Part shown: piece by piece, positions 17,598-26,759 of the stretch
How the letters are laid out: every line of letters starts with the position of its first letter
How positions within the stretch are numbered: position 1 is the stretch's first letter
DNA from: Oculatellaceae cyanobacterium bins.114
GTDB taxonomy: Bacteria > Cyanobacteriota > Cyanobacteriia > Elainellales > Elainellaceae
Length of the DNA stretch: 45,186 bases
Assembly (NCBI GenBank): GCA_033764315.1
Contig: JANRJA010000105.1
Coordinates: 1 to 45,186 of the forward strand
Direction of reading: 5' to 3'
The notes under the pieces: model-generated
Told to the model about the DNA's origin: nothing
Databases searched by the model: none
The model's input: the letters and a program-made list of their open reading frames with translations, nothing else
Program-made: the position numbers and the translations under genes

Positions 17598-17644
17598 TAG
17601 ACCGTTCGTTCGGTATAAATAGAATGTACCGAACGTTCGATTTA
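17598..17644. promoter_or_regulatory. Inverted pair of TetR-like boxes upstream of the GST-cynS operon
   Basis: TAGACCGTTCGTTCGGTA (17598-17615) and TACCGAACGTTCGATTTA (17627-17644), next to a minus-strand TTGACA. Confidence 0.5.
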
Positions 17645-17680
17645 ATGTCAACCTATGATTTCGATTACCCTTAAAAAACG

Positions 17681-17804
17681 TCATACCAATTTGAGTTATG
17701 AATACGACACGTTAGAACCCCCTGCCTCCGACATCCCCTGATCAAGGAGGACTGAGTCAGTTAGGGGCGACGGTCTGTCGTAAAGACTGTTTCAATGGGT
17801 ATCA
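17681..17804. mobile_element. Non-autonomous element with TACCAATT/AATGGGTA termini and TCA at both ends, nested in the end of another repeat
   Basis: Same termini as 7921-8024 and 16149-16266, with a different interior. Confidence 0.7.
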
Positions 17805-17920
17805 GTTCGGTTTAAGCAGCCCAGCGAATCAATTCGCGGCTACCAGAGCGAAGTCCGCGAAGGCGAACTACCAAAATCAAAGGTTTATTGAGCCGATGCA
17901 GGTCGTTTTGCTCGTATAGC
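17805..17920. repeat. GCGAATCAATTCGCGGCTA palindromic repeat family copy
   Basis: Aligns with 8810-8925 (GCGAAT.AATTCGCGGCTA, AAGTCCGC, CCGA.GCAGGTCG, CGTATAGC). Confidence 0.7.
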
Positions 17921-18000
17921 AAATGATCACACCCCAACGCGATGGTTGAGGTGCGGCATTCGACAGATCAGGTCTATCTAAACAATCTTTCTCTGACGCC

Positions 18001-19143
18001 TTATACTACAGGCGCAGCTTTGTAGAATGGGCGTTTGACCACAACGGTGGGATAGGTTTTGCCCCGAATCTCAACCTCTAAGGTCTGACCCAATTTGGAT
18101 AAGTCAGCTGAGACATACCCCAAGGCGATCGGTTGCCCAACCGTGGGGGCTAGAGTGCCACTGGTAACAACCCCAACAACTGACCCTGCATGCAATACAG
18201 GGTATTCGTGACGGGCAATATTGCGTCCTTGCATTTGCAACCCGACCAGTCGTCGTGACACTCCTTCTTGCTTTTGCTGCTCTAGAACCGATCGCCCAAT
18301 GAAGTTTCCTTTTTCATCCAGGTGCACGAGCCACCCCAAGCCTGCTTCTAGAGGAGTGGTGGTTTCGTCGATATCTTGACCATACAACGCCATCGCTGCC
18401 TCTAATCGCAGTGTATCGCGTGCCCCCAAACCACAAGGAGCGACCCCTGCATCTAAAAGCGATCGCCACAAATCTCGCCCCACCTCAGGGTCAACCATCA
18501 CCTCAAACCCATCTTCTCCGGTATAACCCGTGCGGGCTAAGAAACCAGGTTTTCCCAAGACAGTTCCATCTAGATGGCAATAGCGTTTGATAGCCGCCAG
18601 ATCTTCTTCGACAAAGGCTTGCAACGTTTGAACGGCGATCGGACCTTGTATGGCGATCAAAACTTTTGTTGGAGACAGATCTTCAAAGGCGATCGCGGCG
18701 GTATCCATATGGCTCAATAACCACGTTTTGTCTTTCTCAGTGGTCGCTGCATTGACAATTAAGAAAACTCGCTGTTCACCCGTTTCACTCGTGCCCTGAT
18801 AATAAACGATCAAATCGTCCACAATGCCCGCTTGAGGATTGAGCAACACGGTATATTGGGCTTGCCCCGGCTCTAACCGATCGAGATTAGAAGGCACCAG
18901 GCGTTGTAACTGCTGAATTACATCAACCCCTTGCAGTTGAAACTTGCCCATGTGAGAAATGTCAAACATGCCTGCTCGCTGCCGCACAGCCTGATGTTCT
19001 TGCCCGATGCCCGCAAATTGCACAGGCATCTCCCAGCCTGAAAAGCCGACCATACGGGCTTTGAGATCAACACAAAGATCAAACAATGGGGTTTGTTTGA
19101 GGGGTTGCAGAGAGGTTGTATCAGTTGAAGTTGAGCTTGCCAC
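18001..19143 (-). CDS. gcvT: Glycine cleavage system aminomethyltransferase T
   Basis: FSGWEMPVQF, MFDISHMG, ARTGYTGEDGFE and GLGARDTLRLEA motifs. Confidence 0.97.
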   Translation of the reverse strand: MASSTSTDTTSLQPLKQTPLFDLCVDLKARMVGFSGWEMPVQFAGIGQEHQAVRQRAGMFDISHMGKFQLQGVDVIQQLQRLVPSNLDRLEPGQAQYTVLLNPQAGIVDDLIVYYQGTSETGEQRVFLIVNAATTEKDKTWLLSHMDTAAIAFEDLSPTKVLIAIQGPIAVQTLQAFVEEDLAAIKRYCHLDGTVLGKPGFLARTGYTGEDGFEVMVDPEVGRDLWRSLLDAGVAPCGLGARDTLRLEAAMALYGQDIDETTTPLEAGLGWLVHLDEKGNFIGRSVLEQQKQEGVSRRLVGLQMQGRNIARHEYPVLHAGSVVGVVTSGTLAPTVGQPIALGYVSADLSKLGQTLEVEIRGKTYPTVVVKRPFYKAAPVV

Positions 19144-19183
19144 GAAACGTTATTACCAGAATTAAGCTTTTATCATCCTAAAT

Positions 19184-20620
19184 CTAATCAGCAACAGACT
19201 CGCGAATTCGTTTGAGTAAGGCATAAAACGGTTCCCAATCATCCTCTACTGTGATGGGTTCCCACACGGCCTCAATTTCAGGTCGAATCAAAATAGTACT
19301 GGGATTGTGGCGATCGAGCCGTTGCTTTACAGCAGTCATTTCAGAGTCAGCCAGGGTGCTGAGAGTTTGCTGATAGGCTTGTCGCCATTGTTTAAAGCTA
19401 CTCGCTAAAGCATCTGCATTGGGAGACACAGAGGCTGCAAAAATCAGGTTGGCATCTTCACGCCACTGAGGAGAAAACTGTTGTCTAAGTGACAAAAAGA
19501 AGTCGTGATAGCCGATCTGAGTCGTTTGTAGAAATTGAATAGTGAGTTTTAAGAGGTTTTCAGCAAGGGAAGCGGGCAATTGCTCAAAACCTAGCTTGTG
19601 TAACATGCGACGTTGATAGGCCGCATAGTAGTGATCTTCAAATTGAGCCAGTCCTGCTTCTAGATCGCTTGTCTCAATAACAGCCGCAAGAGGCACTTGC
19701 AACAGTTCTAAATTGAGCTTGCAAATCAAGGGTTGATTGGCATAGCAATAGCGTCCAAAGTAATCAAAGTAAGCTGCTGTAAATTTGGGATCATATCGCT
19801 CGATAAAGGCATAGGGACCATAATCAAAGCTTTCGCCCGTGATAGACATGTTGTCGGTGTTAAGCACTGCATGGCAAAACCCAACAGACATCCACTGTGC
19901 CGCTAGCGTAGCGACTCGTTGCACTAGCTCAGCATAAAACTGGGCATAGCGATCGCCCTCTTGTTGCAGATGCGGATAGTAATAGGTGATGACATGATCG
20001 AGCAGTTGTTGAGTCAGATCAGGACGTTGTAAGGTGTGCGATCGCTCAAACGTGCCAAACCGAATGTGCGATCGGTTAAACCGCACCATCACCGATGATC
20101 GCGTAGGCGAGGGTTCATCTCCCCGCCATAAACCTTCCCCCGTCTCAACCAAGCTCAAACACCGAGAGGTTCGCACTCCCAAGCGATGCAACATTTCTGC
20201 TGCCAGCACTTCCCGCACTCCTCCCTTGAGCGTCAGTCTGCCATCTCCTCCGCGTGAATAGGGGGTCGATCCCGATCCTTTGGTGCCAAAATCATATAGC
20301 TCCCCATCAACACCTCGTACCTGACCATATAAAAAGCCCCTGCCATCTCCTAAATAGGGGTTATATTCCCCAAACTGATAGCCGTGATAGCGCATAGCTA
20401 ACAGTGGCACCCGTCCGATAAACTTGCCAAACGCCTCAATGAAATGCTCGTCTGTTACCTCAGAGGGGTCGAGTCCAATTTTGGGCAGCAGGTCATCATT
20501 GCGAAACCGCAGGGTGTGCTGAGGAAACTCCGCCGCAGAAACACGGTCGTAATAGTCTTCACCCAGTGATTCAAATGCAGGTTCATACGGTAGAGACAGA
20601 AACGGATTAGCAGCAGACAT
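19184..20620 (-). CDS. selO: Protein adenylyltransferase SelO / YdiU family
   Basis: YHGYQFG...[29 protein letters not shown] and [20 protein letters not shown] motifs. Confidence 0.95.
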   Translation of the reverse strand: MSAANPFLSLPYEPAFESLGEDYYDRVSAAEFPQHTLRFRNDDLLPKIGLDPSEVTDEHFIEAFGKFIGRVPLLAMRYHGYQFGEYNPYLGDGRGFLYGQVRGVDGELYDFGTKGSGSTPYSRGGDGRLTLKGGVREVLAAEMLHRLGVRTSRCLSLVETGEGLWRGDEPSPTRSSVMVRFNRSHIRFGTFERSHTLQRPDLTQQLLDHVITYYYPHLQQEGDRYAQFYAELVQRVATLAAQWMSVGFCHAVLNTDNMSITGESFDYGPYAFIERYDPKFTAAYFDYFGRYCYANQPLICKLNLELLQVPLAAVIETSDLEAGLAQFEDHYYAAYQRRMLHKLGFEQLPASLAENLLKLTIQFLQTTQIGYHDFFLSLRQQFSPQWREDANLIFAASVSPNADALASSFKQWRQAYQQTLSTLADSEMTAVKQRLDRHNPSTILIRPEIEAVWEPITVEDDWEPFYALLKRIRESVAD

Positions 20621-20659
20621 GGAATCCTTCAGGTGAAATCAAAGGACTATTGTACTCTG

Positions 20660-20746
20660 CCTCAACGACCAAGCTCACCAGATGCAGATCACCTTTGCAA
20701 CTCAACCAACTCTCTTGTGGTCTTCTGATGCAGTGACTGGTTATCC
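20660..20746 (-). other. attC-like site 1 (degenerate)
   Basis: 87-bp imperfect palindrome; the minus strand reads GGATAAC...GTTGAGG; shares CAGAT(A/C)ACCT with sites 2 and 3. Confidence 0.55.
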
Positions 20747-20936
20747 CTCAGCAAGCCCCTCATCGCTCAATACGCTCAAGTTCTTCACGAACAACTCTGC
20801 GTAAAGTTTAACTCTGATTGTATTCGTTTGCTATGTCGATTACTGCAACCTGCTGTCACACCAAACAGCTTTGAGGGTAAATCAGCTTTGCTACTGACAG
20901 ATAAGCCTCATGCTCAGCTCTAACCGAGGACTTGAG

Positions 20937-21023
20937 GGCTAACAATTGAGATGAGCCGCCGCAGATAACCTCGAACGCTCTACAAACAACATCTCAACAG
21001 TCGGCTCCATCGATTTGTTATGC
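20937..21023 (-). other. attC-like site 2
   Basis: 87 bp; minus strand GCATAACAAATCGATGGAGCCGAC...GGCGGCTCATCTCAATTGTTAGCC, i.e. R''(..TAAC) and R'(GTTA..) boxes with paired arms, 17 bp after the DUF5615 stop. Confidence 0.7.
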
Positions 21024-21040
21024 CGCGATCGCTACTCAGT

Positions 21041-21391
21041 TTACAAGGGCAAGTACAGGACAATACCTTTCCACTCGTCTTGTTCGCTACAATCATTCAG
21101 TAGTAACAATTCATCGATGATTTGCCTGACTGTCATCTGATCATTGATCACAAACAAACCCGACATTTGCTGTCCTTGAGATAATCGCTCATAAGCAAAA
21201 TCTGGCATTGTTGCACGATCGTGAGTTAAGAGAATGCGCCCATTACTTGCCGCCCAATCTAGAATTGCTGGGTCATCCACTTTTCGCAACCCAACATCCT
21301 GAACACGTAATAAGTCAAGAGTCGGTTGGCGAAGAAACAATCCTCGCACAATGTCGCCATTAAAATTTTCATCACTCAGTAGCCTCAGCAT
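21041..21391 (-). CDS. DUF5615 PIN-like putative toxin
   Basis: MLRLLSDENF...DDPAILDWAASNGRILLTHD. Confidence 0.88.
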   Translation of the reverse strand: MLRLLSDENFNGDIVRGLFLRQPTLDLLRVQDVGLRKVDDPAILDWAASNGRILLTHDRATMPDFAYERLSQGQQMSGLFVINDQMTVRQIIDELLLLNDCSEQDEWKGIVLYLPL

Positions 21392-21399
21392 AATAAGGC

Positions 21400-21729
21400 T
21401 CAGAGAGTTTGTTGTGCTAAAAGTCTGGATCGAATCAAGCTCAGGTCAGGCTGAATTTCTGAAAAACGTTGACGAACGGATTCTGCTAGCTGTTCGCGCT
21501 CGTTCAAATAGGATTCTACTTCTTGCTGATGCCGAAGATAATAACCAATCGTGATGTAAACGTCAGATAGAGAAAGCGTTGAATATCTTTGCACAATGGT
21601 TTCTGGAGAAGCACCATCTTGAAATGCTCGGATCACCAGTTCTAGCAAAACCCTTGAATCACCAATCCGAATTGCTCCTGTTTCATCTTCCCTAAGGGGT
21701 GGGGATTCGCACTCCAAAACAAGACTCAC
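21400..21729 (-). CDS. DUF433 putative antitoxin
   Basis: GAIRIGDSRVLLELVIRAFQDGASPETIVQRYSTLSLSDVY..I.YYL. Confidence 0.9.
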   Translation of the reverse strand: MSLVLECESPPLREDETGAIRIGDSRVLLELVIRAFQDGASPETIVQRYSTLSLSDVYITIGYYLRHQQEVESYLNEREQLAESVRQRFSEIQPDLSLIRSRLLAQQTL

Positions 21730-21928
21730 AATTCAATCTCCGTATAGCGACTATTAGAGCAGGCTTCAAGCTGAAAGCATTGGTCTAATTATACCTACTG
21801 ATCCTGTGTCGTTCCCAGAATGATCTTTGAAGAGTCAAGTTTTGTAACAGTTGTAAGTAATTGATCGCTACTCTGCAATAGCTGATCCCATCCAGTTGCG
21901 TTAATGTGCTCCAAATGAGGATTAAGCG

Positions 21929-22015
21929 GCATAACGTTGCCCATCACCCGCCACAGATAACCTCTGCATCCTAACCGATCAACTTTCAACGGTCGGTGTG
22001 CATGGGCGTTTATGG
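21929..22015 (-). other. attC-like site 3
   Basis: Minus strand CCATAAACGCCCATGCACACCGACC...GGCGGGTGATGGGCAACGTTATGC; about 87 bp, paired arms, R' GTTATGC. Confidence 0.65.
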
Positions 22016-22060
22016 GGAGACGAACGCTAGAAGAGGAAAAAGAGATGAGGGATATGGGAT

Positions 22061-22332
22061 ATGGGTAAGCTGGAAAGTTACCGTGACTTGGAGGTCTGGA
22101 AAATATCGATGCAACTGGCGCGCGAGGTATATCAAATAGAGGTATATCAAATAACAGAAGGTATGCCAAAGCATGAAATCTATGGATTGACATCTCAGAT
22201 TCGCAGAGCCAGCATCTCTGTGCCTTGAATTACCTTAATGACATCACCAAACTGATGAGTTTGTGTGAAAGTGCAGGACGCTTACTTACTCGGCTCCGCC
22301 AAAGCCTTCAAAGGGTTACGGATAGTAATTAA
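22061..22332 (+). pseudogene. Four-helix-bundle protein (23S rRNA IVP/bAvd-like family) remnant
   Basis: MGKLESYRDLEVWKISMQLAREVYQI(EVYQI)TEGMPKHEIYGLTSQIRRASISVP* then, in a shifted frame, LNYLND...GRLLTRLRQSL. Central part deleted; 15-bp tandem duplication at 22124-22153. Confidence 0.85.
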
Positions 22333-22350
22333 ACCTCTACACCCCACACC

Positions 22351-24207
22351 CTACACCCCAACCACTACTACAATCTCCGTTCCCTCCCCAGGTTGACTCC
22401 GAATCGCAAGTTGTGCGCCGATGCGCTCTGCTCGCTCGCTCATGCCGAGTAAGCCAAATCCCTCAGAGGCTGGAATACTTCCAACTCCAAAGCCCTGTCC
22501 ATTGTCTTTCACACGCAAGCAGAATTGATCGCGATCGTAGACTAACTCTACTCGGATTTCGTCAGCATGGGCGTGTCTAATCGCATTGGTTAACGCTTCC
22601 TGCCCAATCCGCAGGAGATTACTCTCGACTTCACTCGGTAGAACATACACTGCACCCTCGATCTCATAGTGCAAAGTGGTATCTAGTGCGGCAGTTCTGA
22701 GTTGAGCGACGAGACGATGCAGAGCGGTCTGTAAACTGCCTTCCTCCAAAAGCTGAGGACGGAGCGCGACGACCGATCGCCGTGCTTCATTCAGTCCAGT
22801 TCGCGCCAATTCTTTGATCAAGTCCAGGTGCGCCTGAGTTGCTTCTACATCATCTGTTACCACCTGGTTTGCCGCTCCGACCTGAGCCAGAATGCCTGTA
22901 AACGACTGAGCGAGGGTGTCGTGAATTTCACGCGCCATGCGGTTGCGTTCTTCCAAAATCGACGCGGCTTCTGCTTGCTTTTGCGGCGTAATATCTCGCG
23001 CTAACCAAATCACCTGCTCATGCCGAATTGGGGCAATGCGAGCCGAAAACCAAATTTCTCGTCCAGCGATCCACTGACTGTATTCAACGGTGAGGACTTG
23101 TTGAGTTCTCAACACCTGCTGAATGTAACTCAGGAATTCATCGGCTTGTTCCCTTGCATAGAGTTGATGCAGTGTTTTGCCAATATACTCCTCCCGATAT
23201 AACTCTCCATAGGACGGATTTCCCTGAATTGCACAGATCAATTGTCCTTCACCATTGAAAATACACATTGGATCGGGAATGGCTGAAAAGAGTGCCCGCA
23301 GTTCTGCTTCAGAGGCTTGCAACGCGACTTCTGCCTGTTTGCGATCGCTAATATCCGCAATCACTCCTTCGATGTAGTCATCACCTGCATTCAGATAAGA
23401 AGAGAAAAGACCCCAAAACACTGTCCCATCTCGTTTTCGCATCTGTGCTTCAAAGCTTCGCACTTCCCCGTCTCGCTTCATTACCTCAATGCCTTGTTGG
23501 CGATCGCTGGGATTCACCCAATAGCCTATGGTGTGTTCAATCCCAATCATCTCTTGGGGTGAATCAAAGCCAAACAGATCGGCAAAGCGTTGATTGGCAT
23601 CGAGAATTAATCCATCACCGATACGGGTACGGTAGATACCAACCTGCGAGTTTGCAAAGATGTTGCGGAACTTAGCTTCACTACGTTGTAATGCCTCTTC
23701 TGCTTGCCTGCGCTGAGTGGTGTCATTGCCCACCGATAAGATTTCAACGACCTCTCCCTGATCGTTGAAGATGGCTTGATTCGACCAAGTCATCCAGACG
23801 CGCCGACCGTCTCGACACAGATTTTCACCCTCACCTTGTGGGTACGCTTGAGGGTTGCGAAGTAAATCGTGAACCATAGGTTTGACATCGCGTCCAGAGA
23901 GTTCGACGTCTGGAATGATGGTTTCAAATAAGGTTCGCCCTAAGATCTGATGTTCTTCGTAGCCAAGAAGTTTTACCCCATAATCGTTGATGTAGTGAAT
24001 CCGTCCTTGCGGATCATAGCGAATGATGGCTGAATTCGCGGTTTGTAGCAGATTGCGATAATTCGCTTCACTTTGTCGTAATGCGGCTTCGGTTTGTTGA
24101 CGTTCAGTGATCTCCTGCTGTAAGGCTTGAGTTTGCGCTTCTACCTTCCGTTCCAGTGTTTCGGCATAATCTGCCAACTGTTTATACCTCGGCTGATATT
24201 TCTTCAT
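22351..24207 (-). CDS. Multi-PAS sensor histidine kinase (HisKA_3/NarX type), probably 5'-truncated
   Basis: Three PAS domains, EERNRMAREIHDTLAQ, QEALTNAIRHA, VKDNGQGF and GFGLLGMSERA motifs. Confidence 0.9.
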   Translation of the reverse strand: MKKYQPRYKQLADYAETLERKVEAQTQALQQEITERQQTEAALRQSEANYRNLLQTANSAIIRYDPQGRIHYINDYGVKLLGYEEHQILGRTLFETIIPDVELSGRDVKPMVHDLLRNPQAYPQGEGENLCRDGRRVWMTWSNQAIFNDQGEVVEILSVGNDTTQRRQAEEALQRSEAKFRNIFANSQVGIYRTRIGDGLILDANQRFADLFGFDSPQEMIGIEHTIGYWVNPSDRQQGIEVMKRDGEVRSFEAQMRKRDGTVFWGLFSSYLNAGDDYIEGVIADISDRKQAEVALQASEAELRALFSAIPDPMCIFNGEGQLICAIQGNPSYGELYREEYIGKTLHQLYAREQADEFLSYIQQVLRTQQVLTVEYSQWIAGREIWFSARIAPIRHEQVIWLARDITPQKQAEAASILEERNRMAREIHDTLAQSFTGILAQVGAANQVVTDDVEATQAHLDLIKELARTGLNEARRSVVALRPQLLEEGSLQTALHRLVAQLRTAALDTTLHYEIEGAVYVLPSEVESNLLRIGQEALTNAIRHAHADEIRVELVYDRDQFCLRVKDNGQGFGVGSIPASEGFGLLGMSERAERIGAQLAIRSQPGEGTEIVVVVGV

Positions 24208-24425
24208 TCAATAATTTGTATCGTTAAACTATCAGCGATTAAGGGGTCTGACAGTGATCCTGACAGTAAATAGCATGTCGTCAGCACCGTTGCCAAACCC
24301 CAATAAGCCTATGCTAAAACGTGATGCTGCGATCGATGCTTCTCCCATTGGAGGGATTTCGCCAACCCGGCAGATCCTTCATCAATAACAATTAATTGAC
24401 AACCTCAAATGTAGAAGGATCGGTT

Positions 24426-24584
24426 ATGAGAAATTCACAACGTAGTATGGGTGCAAGTATTGCTCTGGGTCTATCCATTGGAGTTGCCATTGGATTGATC
24501 ATAGAAAATCTTGTTTTTGGGATCGGCATTGGTTTAGCCGTTACGATCGCGCTTAACCTCGTACTTGAACAACGTAGAAGATAA
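24426..24584 (+). CDS. Small glycine-zipper membrane protein
   Basis: GASIALGLSIGVAIGLII...GIGIGLA, two TM segments; AAGGA RBS before the ATG at 24426. Confidence 0.6.
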   Translation: MRNSQRSMGASIALGLSIGVAIGLIIENLVFGIGIGLAVTIALNLVLEQRRR

Positions 24585-24604
24585 ATCTCAACGGAAACTA
24601 CATC

Positions 24605-25558
24605 ATGTTTCTTGCCATCGGACTGCTCCTCATTACCCACCTAGTTTTTCCTGTTGCTGGTTTAGTGTGGTTATGGCGAGGAAATGAATGCAGCAAGCTT
24701 GAATGGCTCCTCAAACTCAGCATTGTTTTACTTTATGGCATTCAAATCTTTCTGATCGGACGCTGGGATTTTGTGAGTTATTTTCTGCGATTTGGGGTAA
24801 TTGCATTGTTAGTTTTGGCAACATTCATATGTTTCATTCAAGCAAAATCTTTACCCTTTTATCCGACTCGAAAGCTTGGTAATTATGTCTCTGTAGGAAC
24901 TAGGAGTCTAGTGATTCTGGTTCTTCTGTCCGCGTTAAGTAGCCATATCCCACGAGGATATTCCTTCAATGGGGAGTCTGTTCAATTAAACTTTCCATTG
25001 CAGCAGGGGACTTACTATGTCGCTCATGGCGGCAATAGCCCTACAATCAATTATCACAATGTCAACCCGACTCAGCAATATGCGTTAGATATCGTCAAAC
25101 TGAATGCTGTAGGAACCAGAGCAAATGGACTTTATCCGCGATCGCTAACAAACTATGCCATTTGGGGAGAACCGCTCTACAGCCCTTGCAATGGCACGAT
25201 CCGCGAGACAACGAATGATTTGCCTGATCTGATTCCGCCGCAAACCGATTCTCAAAATCCTGCGGGCAATCATATTTTGATTCAATGTCAGGGAGCAGAT
25301 GTTTTGATGGCGCACCTCCAACAGGGCAGCCTCATGGTTCAAACCGGAGAGACGGTTAAGGTTGGACAAGCGATCGCCAAAGTTGGCAACTCTGGCAACA
25401 CGAGCGAACCTCATCTACACATCCATGCTCGTAGAGAAAATATAGATTTGTCACTTTTAGAGGGTGAAGGAATACCGATCACATTTAATGGCAGATTTTT
25501 GGTGAGAAATAGGTTATTTACAGTAGGAACCTCACGCTCCGTCAGAGTCAAGGGGTGA
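24605..25558 (+). CDS. Membrane-anchored M23 family metallopeptidase
   Basis: YALDIV, GNHILI, AHLQQGS and GNSGNTSEPHLHIH motifs. Confidence 0.9.
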   Translation: MFLAIGLLLITHLVFPVAGLVWLWRGNECSKLEWLLKLSIVLLYGIQIFLIGRWDFVSYFLRFGVIALLVLATFICFIQAKSLPFYPTRKLGNYVSVGTRSLVILVLLSALSSHIPRGYSFNGESVQLNFPLQQGTYYVAHGGNSPTINYHNVNPTQQYALDIVKLNAVGTRANGLYPRSLTNYAIWGEPLYSPCNGTIRETTNDLPDLIPPQTDSQNPAGNHILIQCQGADVLMAHLQQGSLMVQTGETVKVGQAIAKVGNSGNTSEPHLHIHARRENIDLSLLEGEGIPITFNGRFLVRNRLFTVGTSRSVRVKG

Positions 25559-26092
25559 AGCCAAAAAGTGTTTGAATTGTTCATGTAAGTGTTGTGTTGC
25601 AGTTTCACCCAATGATTCTCTGGCGATCGCAAAACTCGAAAAATCTTTAGATCGCCACTCGCTTTGTGGAACTTCTTCGATGTAGTAAAAATAATCCCAG
25701 AGAATCGCTTCCCAACTGGTGCAGCGAAGTAATTTACCGCCAAGACTCCCTGCGGGTTCAGGTGGGCAGGTTCCCGGAGGTAAGCCTTCTAGCTCATAGC
25801 CCTCTCCAACGCGAATACAGGGTTCACAGTCCAGGAGAATGCCCTGCATTTCTGCTAGAAAACCGTAGGAGGTTTGTTCTGTAATGACACCGCCAAGGGA
25901 TTGCAGTAACGCTAGAAACTCAGTCGCGCGATCGCCCGGATAGGCAATATCAATATCCTCATGCTCACGGGTGATGCGATGTAATTTGGCATCAATTGCC
26001 CAACCACCCTGTAACCACAACGGCAAATTGATCTGGTCTGCTGCTGAAAATAACTGATGGATCAACTCAATGTGGCGATCGTTCATACTCAC
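25532..26092 (-). CDS. Aminoglycoside 2''-O-nucleotidyltransferase-like protein (ANT(2'')-I/AadB homologue)
   Basis: LIH...AAD..NLPLW..GGWAIDA.L.R.TR.H.DID, YGFLAE...LLDCEP and RC.SWEAI.WDYFYY..EVP are colinear with ANT(2'')-Ia as I recall it. Confidence 0.85.
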   Translation of the reverse strand: MSMNDRHIELIHQLFSAADQINLPLWLQGGWAIDAKLHRITREHEDIDIAYPGDRATEFLALLQSLGGVITEQTSYGFLAEMQGILLDCEPCIRVGEGYELEGLPPGTCPPEPAGSLGGKLLRCTSWEAILWDYFYYIEEVPQSEWRSKDFSSFAIARESLGETATQHLHEQFKHFLASPLDSDGA

Positions 26093-26120
26093 AGTTTTGA
26101 TGATGCTGTGTGCTGCTGGA

Positions 26121-26681
26121 TTACTTCAATATTCGATAACGGAGGAAAACCACACCACTGCCAAAGCGTCGTTCCTCTAAAAGATCGAGATCCAATCGAA
26201 TATTGTCTGGGAGGCATGGTTTGCCGCCTCCTACAATGACTGGCAGGAGAAACAGATGACACTCATCGATCAATCCTGAACGAAAGGCGTGGGCAGCAAG
26301 CTCAGCACCACCGATGAGGATATCCTGTTCAACAGCCTCTTTTAATTGTCGAATTGCTTCTGGATCGAAGCTTCGCTCAAGCTGTGTTTTGTGAGTGGAT
26401 ACCGTCTCCAATGTCTTGGAGTACACGATTTTATCGACTGCTTGCCAGATCTCTGCGAAGTCGCGCCTGAGTGGAGACTCAGCAGCTAAGTTGGGGTCGG
26501 TTTCCCAAACCATCATAGTCTCATACATTCGCCGTCCGTAGAGATAAGTGCCAGCTTCCCGTACAAGGTTGCTGATAAACCTGAAATATTCCTCGTCTGG
26601 CGGTGTCCAGTCAAATTTGCCATCCATATCCTCAATGTAGCCGTCGAGTGACGAGTTCGCCGTGTAGATCAAGTGAGCCAT
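26121..26681 (-). CDS. Dihydrofolate reductase-like / RibD C-terminal domain protein
   Basis: SLDGYI, LYGRRMYE, KIVYSKTL, IGGAELA...LIDE...PVIVGGG; likely start MAHLIY at 26681. Confidence 0.9.
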   Translation of the reverse strand: MAHLIYTANSSLDGYIEDMDGKFDWTPPDEEYFRFISNLVREAGTYLYGRRMYETMMVWETDPNLAAESPLRRDFAEIWQAVDKIVYSKTLETVSTHKTQLERSFDPEAIRQLKEAVEQDILIGGAELAAHAFRSGLIDECHLFLLPVIVGGGKPCLPDNIRLDLDLLEERRFGSGVVFLRYRILK

Positions 26682-26759
26682 ACTGAGCTCCATTTGTGAA
26701 GAGTAATTGTAATTCAAGTACCCATAACTTCGCGTCTTCAAACACACCCCATTTCCGAT

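Noticed and set aside
21795..22193. 132-aa minus-strand ORF
   Set aside because: Runs across an attC-like palindrome and antisense to the four-helix-bundle remnant; no recognisable domain.
22061..22332. Avd-like gene as evidence of a diversity-generating retroelement
   Set aside because: No reverse transcriptase and no TR/VR repeat pair seen; the gene is a pseudogene.
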